A stretch of 55,794 nt of DNA from Thermoproteota archaeon (GTDB taxonomy: Archaea; Thermoproteota; Nitrososphaeria; Nitrososphaerales; Nitrososphaeraceae): positions 1 to 55,794 of the forward strand of contig JBFLWZ010000001.1 of NCBI GenBank assembly GCA_040757615.1, read 5' to 3'. The translations under genes and the position numbers were made by a program. The notes beneath the pieces were generated by a model that did no database searches, had not been told where the DNA came from, and saw only the letters and a program-made list of their open reading frames with translations. Shown here in pieces: positions 18,296 to 27,602 of this stretch (positions within the stretch are counted from its first letter, which is position 1; each line of letters starts with the position of its first letter).

Positions 18296-18300
18296 AGCAG

Positions 18301-18585
18301 CTAGACCTTCAGGCCAAAGCTCTCGGCAAAGTCCTTGAACTCGCTGTAGGCCTTCAAGAATTCGATTCCTTTTTCGCTTATCCTGTATTTTGAAGAGTCT
18401 TCTTTTAGCAGGCCGGATTGTGTTAGTGTCGATACTATGGAGCTGAGCCTCTGGTGCGGCACGTTGGCCTTGCGTATCAGATGAGTGACCGTCGCGCCAT
18501 TGTCGTACCCTTCAAAGCTATACTGCTTTGCGGTGGACAGGATGTCCGCAATTATGCTGACGTGAGTCCTATAGCCCGCTGCCAA
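18301..18585 (-). CDS. Winged-helix transcriptional regulator
   Basis: RTHVSIIADIL..THLIRKANV..YRISEKGIEFL pattern typical of small archaeal wHTH proteins. Confidence 0.82.
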   Translation of the reverse strand: MAAGYRTHVSIIADILSTAKQYSFEGYDNGATVTHLIRKANVPHQRLSSIVSTLTQSGLLKEDSSKYRISEKGIEFLKAYSEFKDFAESFGLKV

Positions 18586-19216
18586 TCTGCGAATTCATCC
18601 TCCCCAGGCCGCTTGTTAGGCCAAACTTTGAGAACGGGACGAACATGAGACCGAACCCGGCAACCTTGGTCGCCAGCGCAGCCACGTAAAACGACTCTGG
18701 ATAGATAAAGTTGTACCAGGACATGAGTTCCGCGCCTGCCAGCAGACCAAGACCGGAACCTATCATCAAGGTACTGGTTTTCCTGCTCTGCATGTATGAT
18801 GCCATTGTTTCGATTGACACATATACTAGTAGAATAAAAGAAATTGACCTGACGAGATGTTCTATTGAATTACCCGGTATAACAAATCCGGTAACCGCAA
18901 GAGGGAATAGCAGGAAGTATTTTGGAGAGGCAAAGTCAAAGCTCTTGAGGCTGTGAGAGAATGCTATGAAAAAGTATCCAAGAGCCTGCACTGCAAGCCC
19001 AGCGGTGGTTACCGCCTGCGAATATCCTCCTGCAAAGAGCCCGCCCGCAATAAGCGCAAAGCCGAGGGCTATAGAGATAAACGCAAAAGTGAGGCGAAGC
19101 AGGTTTGGGCTGGCAACCGCCATGTAGCCCGAGTAGGCGAACCTGCCGATGAAGGCCGAGATTCCAAGCCCAAGCAGGTTCATCGGAAGCTCGAATAGGA
19201 GGACTGCTTCTGCCAA
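18569..19216 (-). CDS. Polytopic (about 7 TM) membrane protein
   Basis: Alternating hydrophobic segments; overlaps the wHTH start. Confidence 0.72.
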   Translation of the reverse strand: MAEAVLLFELPMNLLGLGISAFIGRFAYSGYMAVASPNLLRLTFAFISIALGFALIAGGLFAGGYSQAVTTAGLAVQALGYFFIAFSHSLKSFDFASPKYFLLFPLAVTGFVIPGNSIEHLVRSISFILLVYVSIETMASYMQSRKTSTLMIGSGLGLLAGAELMSWYNFIYPESFYVAALATKVAGFGLMFVPFSKFGLTSGLGRMNSQIGSGL

Positions 19217-19766
19217 CGGGATTGTGGAGTTTTTCTAATTTTTAACTCTATTTGTGCTAGTGGCCTTCAGTTCCCCGGCTTTACCACTGGGGGGAATTCT
19301 GTAGGTCTTCTGTTGACAATATTGACCCATGACTTGCTGGTATCAACTCTGATGATTTTACTGACGTGTTCCCTGATCCCACTTCATTGCTTTACCTGCA
19401 TCGCGCTGTGAACACCGGGACACAAGAGGGTTTGAGGACTCAGTGTTAAAGGGTTCACGAACTGTGACTTCAAAGTTTACTTAAGATGGTTCGGCGGTCT
19501 CTATCAATGACGGCTCTAAAAGGAGCCTGTCTATAGCACTCGACACAAGGTAAAAAGATTTTCGTGCAAGGTTCTGTCGAGTCCTTTCCATTCTGTCTGT
19601 ATTTCTAAATGTCAAAGATCGGTCAAAATACGATTGTTAAAAAAGTCGTCCGCTCGTTAAGAAAGTCCTTAACAAAACCACTTTTTACACAAAACCCAAT
19701 CGGCTCTGTTAACTTAGCGTAATTCGTATACCCATGTGAACTTCTCCTAAACTTTTGCTCTCTTTC

Positions 19767-20766
19767 TGCATTGTTGCACAACTGACCGTCCTGTCAAGGA
19801 GGTTTGACCACGCCCCATTTAGCTTTCATGCCGTAACACCGTCCTTCGTGGTCAACTGGCGTTCCTACAACGGATTTCTGGTCAGGCGTGGAGAACTTAT
19901 GCTTGACTTTGATGTCATCGACGGCTGGCAGGACGAGCTGGAAAAGATGAACGAAGGCAAGGAAGGTGCGTCATTCAGGTACCCGCACTCCTTTGTCCAG
20001 CTGCTGGGGTACATGCGAGCATATTTCCACCTGCCGTACAGACAGACTGAAGGCGTTGTAAAGGCGCATGCAAGAAGAAAGGTGCCTTCCATCCCTGACT
20101 ACAGCACTTTATGCCGGCGCGTCGACAAACTGGACATCAAGGTGAATGAAAAGGTGGGCAATGACATAGTCATTGCACTTGACAGCACCGGCATCAAGGT
20201 ATCCAACAGGGGAGAGTGGCTGCGGCACAAGTGGCACGTCCACAGGGGCTACCTGAAGATACACGTTGCAGTTGACATCAGGAAAAAGAAGGTAGTTTCG
20301 CTTGAGGTTACAAGCGAGGAGGTACATGACGGTAAGGTGCTCAAAAAGCTGGTGAAAAATGCGTCAGAAAACAACGATGTCAGCCGCGTACTGGCAGACG
20401 GCGCGTACGACAGCAAGGAGAATTTCAGGTACCTGGGCGATAACAATATCGAAGCTGCAATCAGGGTAAAGAAGAATTCGTCCGGCAAGGCCCATGGCTG
20501 CTATCCAAGGAAATTGGTGGTTTTACAGCAGCTGTCTGATTTTGACAGATGGAAAGCTAGCGTGAGCTATGGACACAGATGGATTGCAGAATCCGTGTTC
20601 TCTGCCATGAAGAGAACGTTTGGCGAATATGTGACGGCAAGGAAATATCAGAACATGGTAAAGGAGATGTTCCTGAAGGCGTCGCTGTACAACGTGTTTA
20701 TCGGGATGAGATTGTAGCCAGGAGTCGATTAGACATGCAAGGATTGGTCAGTTATGCAACAGAGCA
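19767..20766 (+). mobile_element. IS5-family insertion sequence (1000 bp) with 8-bp target duplication
   Basis: Imperfect TIRs TGCATTGTTGCACAACTGACC / TGCTCTGTTGCATAACTGACC; TCTCTTTC at 19759-19766 and 20767-20774. Confidence 0.88.
19848..20717 (+). CDS. IS5-family DDE transposase
   Basis: NWRSYN..LVRRGE, ALDSTG, LADGAYD, RWIAESVFSAMKR; start placed at a GTG inside the TIRs. Confidence 0.92.
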   Translation: MVNWRSYNGFLVRRGELMLDFDVIDGWQDELEKMNEGKEGASFRYPHSFVQLLGYMRAYFHLPYRQTEGVVKAHARRKVPSIPDYSTLCRRVDKLDIKVNEKVGNDIVIALDSTGIKVSNRGEWLRHKWHVHRGYLKIHVAVDIRKKKVVSLEVTSEEVHDGKVLKKLVKNASENNDVSRVLADGAYDSKENFRYLGDNNIEAAIRVKKNSSGKAHGCYPRKLVVLQQLSDFDRWKASVSYGHRWIAESVFSAMKRTFGEYVTARKYQNMVKEMFLKASLYNVFIGMRL

Positions 20767-21090
20767 TCTCTTTCAGTAGAGCTGTTGCTGACATCAATCT
20801 TGCATCAGATTATTATTGCATTCACGTATGATAGACGACAGACATATACCCATTCGAGGCTTGACCTCCTCACTATCGTCTTCGTCCTTTTGTCAAGATG
20901 GTTCCACAGTTAGCTAGTCGAGGCCTTTATCCTCATACGAATTATCGTGGCCTATGCATCTTGACATTGTCATAATGGTACAGGTCACAAATATTCTTTC
21001 TGTATATGCTTTTTCATGACAATTCAAAGAGTCATATGACATACTTTATACCATCGTCTGAAATGGATCAGTGGCATTGTTCACATACGG

Positions 21091-21783
21091 TTAGCTAGGA
21101 CTGTCCTGGATTCCCGGACCTGTTGCGGGAATGTCCTGAATATTCTGTTGCGTCCAAGAACCTTGGCTGTTTATCAACTTATCCCACAGGAAGTCAATTA
21201 CGAGTAATTTGCCATTAGTCTTGTGTTTGAACCATAAGTTTGTGAGATACTTGGCCTCGATGTTGGTCTGGGCATTCTCTGGTCTCACATCATTGCTCCA
21301 TATCCATTGCACTTTTAAGTTCAGATTCTGCGTTGCCAAGCTGTTCGGTGTGTTAAAGGCGGTGTTGTGATTGAGTGCCTTAATTCTCGTTTCTGATCCG
21401 GTGCTGTCGCAACGTGAGGTCCATGGTGAGCAACCTTGGATTATGCCTGACCATCCTGTGTATCCTGCCGATTTGTAGTTGTTGAATCCCACGTGGACGA
21501 CTGCGACATCATATTTGCCTTTGTATTGCGATCCAACGACGGTTATGCAATCAGGATGCATAGGGAAGTAGCCTGTTTGCTCTTCATTATTTTTTTCAAA
21601 ATATCCCCATTGTTTATTTCCGCAAAGTATGTCTGGGTCTTGGGTCACTTGAGTCACTGCATGGGCCACCATCATGCTGCTTCCGCTTGCCAAAAAAACT
21701 ATGGCTGCAATGGTTCCAAACAGCAAAGGATGCCGCAGTGGATGGCTCTGAATTTTCTTCCATCGTTTCTGACTTTGAGTCAT
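21091..21783 (-). CDS. Secreted hypothetical protein, possibly C-terminally truncated
   Basis: Basic N-terminus plus hydrophobic signal ending AHA; downstream sequence looks like decayed coding DNA. Confidence 0.5.
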   Translation of the reverse strand: MTQSQKRWKKIQSHPLRHPLLFGTIAAIVFLASGSSMMVAHAVTQVTQDPDILCGNKQWGYFEKNNEEQTGYFPMHPDCITVVGSQYKGKYDVAVVHVGFNNYKSAGYTGWSGIIQGCSPWTSRCDSTGSETRIKALNHNTAFNTPNSLATQNLNLKVQWIWSNDVRPENAQTNIEAKYLTNLWFKHKTNGKLLVIDFLWDKLINSQGSWTQQNIQDIPATGPGIQDSPS

Positions 21784-21953
21784 TGCCTGCAGAGGTTTGT
21801 GACAGAATTCTTATCGATTTGGACGCAAGATCAGTCACAATATGTCAAGACCAGTCCAACTGTGTCAAGCCGCGCCAACTGGCGGCAAACTAGCTAGATT
21901 GCTAATGCCAACTACCGACAAAGTTAACTAAACCCAGATAAGAGGATAGTCAA

Positions 21954-23510
21954 ATGAATACCAAAACCGTCTCTATTACTGTCTGGTCGAAAACAGGTAT
22001 TCTTTTGATCCTGCCTTTAGCCCTCTCATCGTTTACCCATCTTCTAAACCCTGCAGGCTTTCCAGATATTTTCTATGATGAGGGGGTTTACTTGAGGAGG
22101 GCAATGCATGTGCTCGAAGGGATGGGCCCTCAGGAAACAGCAACCTATTATGACCATCCTTTCTTCGGCCAGCTACTTCTTGCAGGCATTTTCAAACTAA
22201 TTAATTTCCCCGGATCTATTGGAGAAGGTCAGACCGACATTCAGACTATCGAATTACTATACACGATTCCAAGATTGGTCATGGGAGCTCTTGCCGTCCT
22301 CGATACCTACCTTATCTTCAAGATCGCCAATAAGACATATGGAAGAAAGGTAGCAATTATCGCATCAATATTGTTCGCGGTTATGCCTCTTACATGGATA
22401 ACGCGGAGGATAGTTTTGGATTCCCTTCTCCTTCCATTCTTGCTAATGTCAATTCTCTTTGCTCTAAATTCCACCAGTGCTGTTGGCACCAGGAGATACA
22501 GATGGGTATCACTATCTGGGATATCTCTGAGCTTGGCAATCTTTACGAAGATTCCTGTCTTTACTATGATGCCCTTAGTAGCGCATCTCTTGACAAGAAC
22601 CGATCCGGGTGATGAAAGGATAAGGAACATTCCCGATCGGTTCAAAGTTCTTGCAATATGGCTCATCCCTGTCATCCTCATACCTTTCCTCTGGCCACTT
22701 GAGAGTATACTTTCCGGGAATTTCGATGCATGGATGAGAACAGTATTCTGGCAAACTCAGCGCGGCGATAGAATTCTAGGGTTGCCTTGGATTACGTGGG
22801 CTTGGGCGCTCATCGATCCTGTTTTGTTGTTGCTGTCAATCGCAGGTGGGTTCATGGCTTTGATAAAGAAGAATTGGTTGGTACTACTTTGGTCTCTCCC
22901 CTATATTGCCTTCCTAGCTTTGATTGGTCAAACCAACTATTTTCACTGGGCTCCGCTTCTGCCGGTTTTCTGCATATCGTCCGCTCTTGCTTTAACAGAA
23001 GGTCTGCCAAAAATTTTGACACAGATCAAACTACCAAGGATCTTATCCCCTCTTGCTGTCCTTTCTATTCTAGTTTTTGGTCTTGCATCTACAATACTTG
23101 TAATATCCACAGATGTATCTATTTCTCAGAGGCAAGCTCTTGCATATACCCTCGAGATCCTCAAACATCAAAATCTCGATGAAGAACAAACTACAGCTAT
23201 ATCGAATCCATCTCATGCTTGGATTCTCAAATACATATATCATTTGGGCGGCGGTCTAGACGATTATCGCGATGTCATCTTTTATCCAATAAAGACAGAT
23301 GATTGGATACTCATTGCCGATGGACATTTTAGGATTGATATGCAGGGAGAACCTATGCTTGCAGATATCTACTCCAGAAGCAAGCTGATTACCACTTTCA
23401 GCAATCATGCACCGCAAGAAGGAGAATTTGCAGCCTATCCATTCACAAGTCTGCTGCTTACCACAGACGCAAGTAATATCGAGTTTAGATCAGGCACTGA
23501 AGAAGACTGA
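21954..23510 (+). CDS. GT-C glycosyltransferase (family 39 / PMT-like)
   Basis: YDEGVY and YDHPFFGQ motifs; many TM helices. Confidence 0.85.
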   Translation: MNTKTVSITVWSKTGILLILPLALSSFTHLLNPAGFPDIFYDEGVYLRRAMHVLEGMGPQETATYYDHPFFGQLLLAGIFKLINFPGSIGEGQTDIQTIELLYTIPRLVMGALAVLDTYLIFKIANKTYGRKVAIIASILFAVMPLTWITRRIVLDSLLLPFLLMSILFALNSTSAVGTRRYRWVSLSGISLSLAIFTKIPVFTMMPLVAHLLTRTDPGDERIRNIPDRFKVLAIWLIPVILIPFLWPLESILSGNFDAWMRTVFWQTQRGDRILGLPWITWAWALIDPVLLLLSIAGGFMALIKKNWLVLLWSLPYIAFLALIGQTNYFHWAPLLPVFCISSALALTEGLPKILTQIKLPRILSPLAVLSILVFGLASTILVISTDVSISQRQALAYTLEILKHQNLDEEQTTAISNPSHAWILKYIYHLGGGLDDYRDVIFYPIKTDDWILIADGHFRIDMQGEPMLADIYSRSKLITTFSNHAPQEGEFAAYPFTSLLLTTDASNIEFRSGTEED

Positions 23511-23603
23511 TACCGCATAATAACTGCATACTTCGATAGTATCTTTGGTTTGTGCTACAATATCTACATCTATGCCCAATTGATAATTACATGCCCGAAT
23601 CAT

Positions 23604-23664
23604 GGTTCTGTATCAACTGTGGCTCATCCAAACTGTGCATGAGCCGCAGATATTACAACATCGC
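23604..23664 (+). repeat. 61-bp direct repeat, copy 1, with GGCTCAT/ATGAGCC stem-loop
   Basis: 58/61 identical to 24623-24683. Confidence 0.88.
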
Positions 23665-23674
23665 AGAGATTAAG

Positions 23675-24115
23675 TCAGAGGTTGTCTGGTGAGAGTATCT
23701 TGAGATTGTGACCACCATGACTCACTTTTCCTATTTCAAGCAAGGCTCTATCAAGTGTCACAAGCTTGCTGACGTGGGCTGACATCAAGTAGGATGCCAA
23801 TATAAGAGAATCCCGTCCGCCGATGCCATGGTCCCGGGCAATCTTTAGGCCCAGTGCGACGGTGCCGTATGATGTGTTGAGGAAAAGCGCTCTTTTCATG
23901 TATTCTAGAAGCAAACCTGTCATCTCCCCCGGTTCAGCTTTCAGCTTGAATACGCAAGTGTGGTAGGTTTCGTGTATTACTGTCGGATTTACGGCATGGC
24001 CCATGTTGCGGATAGGCGAGACTTTCTCATGATCTGGATGCGCAGCGACGATATATGCCACAAGAATGTTTGAATCTATTCCCACATGCTCTTTATCTCT
24101 TCTGGGCTTGGCCAT
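23675..24115 (-). CDS. vapC: VapC-type PIN toxin
   Basis: GIDSNIL, VIHE, RDSLILA and VTLD acidic residues present. Confidence 0.85.
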   Translation of the reverse strand: MAKPRRDKEHVGIDSNILVAYIVAAHPDHEKVSPIRNMGHAVNPTVIHETYHTCVFKLKAEPGEMTGLLLEYMKRALFLNTSYGTVALGLKIARDHGIGGRDSLILASYLMSAHVSKLVTLDRALLEIGKVSHGGHNLKILSPDNL

Positions 24116-24357
24116 TTTTTTATCTCCTTTACCTTTAGCATGCCATAGAACTTTGCCATGGTTGGCGCATCATCGCTTCCGATCTTCTCTATCACTATCT
24201 TTGTCCTATCGTCACCATCGTCGTCGGCAGTCATGATATTTACGATATCACCATCTTTCAGAGACAGCATTTCTGCCAACTCCTTTGGAATTGTGGCCCG
24301 GAGGCTGTTGCCTACCTTTTGCAACCTGACTTTTCTTATAATTGCCGTGGCCGACAT
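24076..24357 (-). CDS. AbrB/MazE-family antitoxin
   Basis: LQKVGNSLRATIPKELAEMLSLKDGD. Confidence 0.88.
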   Translation of the reverse strand: MSATAIIRKVRLQKVGNSLRATIPKELAEMLSLKDGDIVNIMTADDDGDDRTKIVIEKIGSDDAPTMAKFYGMLKVKEIKKWPSPEEIKSMWE

Positions 24358-24358
24358 G

Positions 24359-24382
24359 TGTATATACTATACCGTATATACA
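24359..24382. promoter_or_regulatory. Palindromic operator for the TA operon (predicted)
   Basis: TGTATATAC-TATACC-GTATATACA between a CTTTATAT box and the ATG. Confidence 0.6.
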
Positions 24383-24622
24383 TATAAAGTTGTTGAAGAG
24401 GAGAGGAGCAGTAGGAAGGGAAAAAGCCGGTACATTCCCAGGAGAAGCTCACCTGCACCTGCATCCTGACGGCTGCATTTGGTTCAACGTGCCAGGAGGA
24501 TATGCAGAACACGGTACCTTCGCCCAGCCTGCCTTGGAAGAAGAAGAATATTATTATCATATCATCATCCCTGCAGGTCTCTGAGCAACAGGAGGCATCA
24601 ATTCCACAATATATCAGTGAAC

Positions 24623-24683
24623 GGTTCAGTATCAACTTTGGCTCATCCAAACTGTGCATGAGCCGCAGATATTACAGCATCGC
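24623..24683 (+). repeat. 61-bp direct repeat, copy 2
   Basis: 58/61 identical to 23604-23664. Confidence 0.88.
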
Positions 24684-24701
24684 CACGCACGCACTCCTCT
24701 A

Positions 24702-24866
24702 CTATTTGTAGTCGCTCAAAACATCTCTATAGCGTGCGTCCTTGTAGGCGATGTACTTGACGTATTCGCCGTATGTCATGTCAAAATCGCAGTTTGAGCA
24801 CTTGACAAAGGTAAAGTCGTCTGCCAGCTCTGCAATGCCCTTGCAGTCGGGACAGTGGACCTTCAC
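24702..24866 (-). CDS. 54-aa zinc-ribbon microprotein
   Basis: Below cutoff: MKVHCPDCKGIAELADDFTFVKCSNCDFDMTYGEYVKYIAYKDARYRDVLSDYK*; CTTATTA box upstream. Confidence 0.8.
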   Translation of the reverse strand: MKVHCPDCKGIAELADDFTFVKCSNCDFDMTYGEYVKYIAYKDARYRDVLSDYK

Positions 24867-24960
24867 ATGCGAATGTGGTCGTCAAAAGTATAATAAGGTT
24901 GTCCAGATTTGGGTGTGTTCCGTAAATAGGTTGATAAGTCAAGAAGTTGTTAGATTACAT

Positions 24961-25275
24961 ATGGACAGCACACTCAGGCCGGTTTTGAAGCGTCAGATGC
25001 TCTTGATAGGCGCAAGCCTTGGAATAGGATTGCTGGTAACCTTCCTGACGGGCAGCGTACTGATCGGCCTAGCGGTCAACATCGCCATCATGATCGGTCT
25101 GATATTCTACATCAGGAGAAAGCAGCTCGGAGCGCTCAGGACACTTGGTTTGGGCGACTCTGGTATGGGCTATAGTGGCGGCAAGCTAAAATACATCTGT
25201 CTGTCGTGCGGTGCAGAAGTAAAGGGTTCAAGGTGCGGCAGCTGCGGCTCGAATATGAAAAAACCACTATTTTAG
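24961..25275 (+). CDS. Two-TM membrane protein with C-terminal zinc ribbon
   Basis: Start at MDSTLR avoids overlap with the opposite-strand gene; CLSC..CGSC. Confidence 0.72.
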   Translation: MDSTLRPVLKRQMLLIGASLGIGLLVTFLTGSVLIGLAVNIAIMIGLIFYIRRKQLGALRTLGLGDSGMGYSGGKLKYICLSCGAEVKGSRCGSCGSNMKKPLF

Positions 25276-25515
25276 TCGGCCGCTGTCTGAAAACCAGATT
25301 CCCTTTGCCTTCCTTCTTTCGTTGATTATCAAGAATGCACCGGCGGCCGACGTTACTGCCACAATGGCAGCCGGCAGCCGAATGTCGATCTGGCCGTATA
25401 GCTCGCCTGTTGACGGGTTGAAGGAAAACGACATGGCATAAGCGTTGGCGGCCATGAGGAAGAGAAGCGCGACCGGCGCAATAAGAACCAGATATCTCAC
25501 AGGTATTTCAGGCAT
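25267..25515 (-). CDS. Small membrane protein
   Basis: Signal-like N-terminus and C-terminal TM with basic tail. Confidence 0.6.
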   Translation of the reverse strand: MPEIPVRYLVLIAPVALLFLMAANAYAMSFSFNPSTGELYGQIDIRLPAAIVAVTSAAGAFLIINERRKAKGIWFSDSGRLK

Positions 25516-25658
25516 TTAGTGACATATAATACTTATCATAAAAATATAATTTTATGATATATTGTAAAATTCGAGATTTTTCATACTTATGTAGGCAATA
25601 CCTTTCTTTTCTCGCGACCTCAACAACTTATTAAATCCAACAAGCATCATTTCTACAG

Positions 25659-25931
25659 ATGAGCAAGACTTGTTTGAAATGTGGTAAGGCTATTATCGAG
25701 CCAGCTGACGACCCGGCGGCAGACAAGTACCCCGCTTGCGCGGCCTGCTGGAAGGAATGGACCACTTATGCCGTAATGGTAATGAACGAAATGAGGCTTG
25801 ACATGTCGCTGCCGGAACACAGGAAGGCGCTGCGCAAGTACGAGCGCGCTTTCTTTGGGCTTGAAAAAGGGATAGGCGAGATCGAGAAAAAGCCGGACAA
25901 CCCGGAAAGCCATCACGGCCACCATCATTGA
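25659..25931 (+). CDS. YggX-like Fe(II)-trafficking / oxidative-damage protection protein
   Basis: CWKEW..MVMNEMRLDMS..RKAL..FF matches the YggX pattern; His-rich tail HHGHHH. Confidence 0.75.
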   Translation: MSKTCLKCGKAIIEPADDPAADKYPACAACWKEWTTYAVMVMNEMRLDMSLPEHRKALRKYERAFFGLEKGIGEIEKKPDNPESHHGHHH

Positions 25932-25942
25932 CTGACTGACTA

Positions 25943-26404
25943 TCATTTCAGGCCAGTGGCTTTGAGCGATTCCTCCGGGACCACCTTTAGTATTTCGTTC
26001 CTGTTTGGAAGGGAGAACAGTACCTCCTTGAGCGAATCGATTATGCGCTCTCGCTTTTTTTGATCGAGAGACAGAAACGTCGCAGTAAGCGACTTGAAAT
26101 CCAGCTTTTCAATAGAGCGCGGGTTTGACGATATCTGCCTGCAGTAGGTCTGGAACATTACCGTCCTCTTTTCTGGCTCAAACTCTGACAGTATTTCAAG
26201 CCATGTCTTGAAGAGCACGGACAGCTTGGCTTGATCTATCTTAGGTGCAGCCGACAATGCAAGGCTGATCGTCTCGCGCTTGTCTTCGTCGCTCATTGCA
26301 TAGAATTCGTTCAACCTTCTCTGCAGCATCGGCTTTCGCAAAAAGTCCGGCAGGGCTGCGAGTATCTGTATGATGTTACCTGCGGCGTTGCTCACGCATA
26401 CCAT
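25943..26404 (-). CDS. Conserved helical hypothetical protein
   Basis: Core-like codon usage; LPDFLRKPML motif recalled from thaumarchaeal hypotheticals. Confidence 0.7.
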   Translation of the reverse strand: MVCVSNAAGNIIQILAALPDFLRKPMLQRRLNEFYAMSDEDKRETISLALSAAPKIDQAKLSVLFKTWLEILSEFEPEKRTVMFQTYCRQISSNPRSIEKLDFKSLTATFLSLDQKKRERIIDSLKEVLFSLPNRNEILKVVPEESLKATGLK

Positions 26405-26594
26405 TGCGCCGAAGTGGGGAATTTAAAGATATACAGCGAGATGATACTGTTGTTGCATCTTTTTTTATGATGGTGAACTAGAATAAAAAAGTCAAGGCAA
26501 CTATACATGTCAATACATCTGCAACTTCTGTCTATGCTACATTGCGCCACCCACTGCCAGATTGCGATTTGATTTTGCACAGATTCCTGACTGA

Positions 26595-27539
26595 CTAGCT
26601 TGCCTTTCCTTTTCTCCCATGTTCTTTCATGTACGTCTCAATAGTCTTTTTTGTGCTCATCCACATCCTGCCCACTTTGACGGCGTCAAGCACTCCCTTT
26701 CTTGCCTGCAGGCTGAGGTATTCCGCGGAGTACGGCGTCCCTTTTGCGAGCTCGGCCAGCGTGCGTAGCTTTTCCTTACTTCTACCTTTTTCCATCGCAT
26801 TAAGGTATAGGTCGAGCGTCTGTTCAACACACCTGGCCATGAAGATGAGAAACGGCTCAAAATCCCCCCTGCAGGACACTGCGTCCAGCGTGTCCAGGTA
26901 CTTTTTCCTGTCCACCTTTTTTATAATTGCAAACGGGTACCTGTTTCTTAAAAGTATCATGTTCATAAGCAGCCTTGCCATCCGGCCATTGCCATCGTCA
27001 AACGGGTGTATCCACGCAAGGTAGTAATGCGTGTGGGCAGCAAGCTCTACAGGCCTCAGCTCGGCAGGGTTTTCATTTATGAATTCTACAAGCTGTTTCA
27101 TTTCTTCTTGGATTTGATAATGTGGTGGGGGCGTGAACGGCGCGCCAACTATGCGCACGTCGTGGCGCCGGTATTCTCCTGCGGTGCTTATTATGCCTGA
27201 CATGATTGCCATGTGGATGCCCAGTATATCCTGTTCAGACAGCTCTTTGTTTCCAAGGGCCAGTTCCTTTACTAGCTCGATGGCGCGAGGGTGATTCTGG
27301 GCAGCAAGGACGTCTGTTATGCTCTTACCGCGCACAGTCATGCCCCGGATTGCAAGCTCTGTCTCCCCACGCGAAAGCGTCACCCCTTCTATGCTGTTGC
27401 TGTTGTAGACAAGCTCTACCTGCATTCGCTCTTCGAGGTCTCTGAGGATGTCTGTGGAAAGTCTTGACTGTACAAGCCTATTGCGCTTTTCCATTATGCG
27501 CCTGTGGAGGTCTCTAGGAAGCGTTGCAAGTGCGTTCAT
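26595..27539 (-). CDS. Fic-domain protein with inhibitory motif and C-terminal HTH
   Basis: HPFDDGNGRMAR active site; SNSIEG inhibitory motif; C-terminal LAELA..YSAEYLSLQARKG. Start chosen about 30 nt after the TATA box. Confidence 0.9.
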   Translation of the reverse strand: MNALATLPRDLHRRIMEKRNRLVQSRLSTDILRDLEERMQVELVYNSNSIEGVTLSRGETELAIRGMTVRGKSITDVLAAQNHPRAIELVKELALGNKELSEQDILGIHMAIMSGIISTAGEYRRHDVRIVGAPFTPPPHYQIQEEMKQLVEFINENPAELRPVELAAHTHYYLAWIHPFDDGNGRMARLLMNMILLRNRYPFAIIKKVDRKKYLDTLDAVSCRGDFEPFLIFMARCVEQTLDLYLNAMEKGRSKEKLRTLAELAKGTPYSAEYLSLQARKGVLDAVKVGRMWMSTKKTIETYMKEHGRKGKAS

Positions 27540-27548
27540 CTGTCTGCA

Positions 27549-27602
27549 ATATCGGTTAGATTTAACCGATATAAGTTTATATCGGATAGATGTAACCGAT
27601 AC
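27549..27602. promoter_or_regulatory. Tandem 24-bp palindromic operators flanking the fic TATA box
   Basis: ATATCGGTTA-GATT-TAACCGATAT (27549-27572) and ATATCGGATA-GATG-TAACCGATAC (27579-27602). Confidence 0.75.

Noticed and set aside
24751-24960. N-terminal 70 aa of the 174-aa ORF
   Set aside because: Overlaps the zinc-ribbon gene on the opposite strand; the real start is likely 24961.
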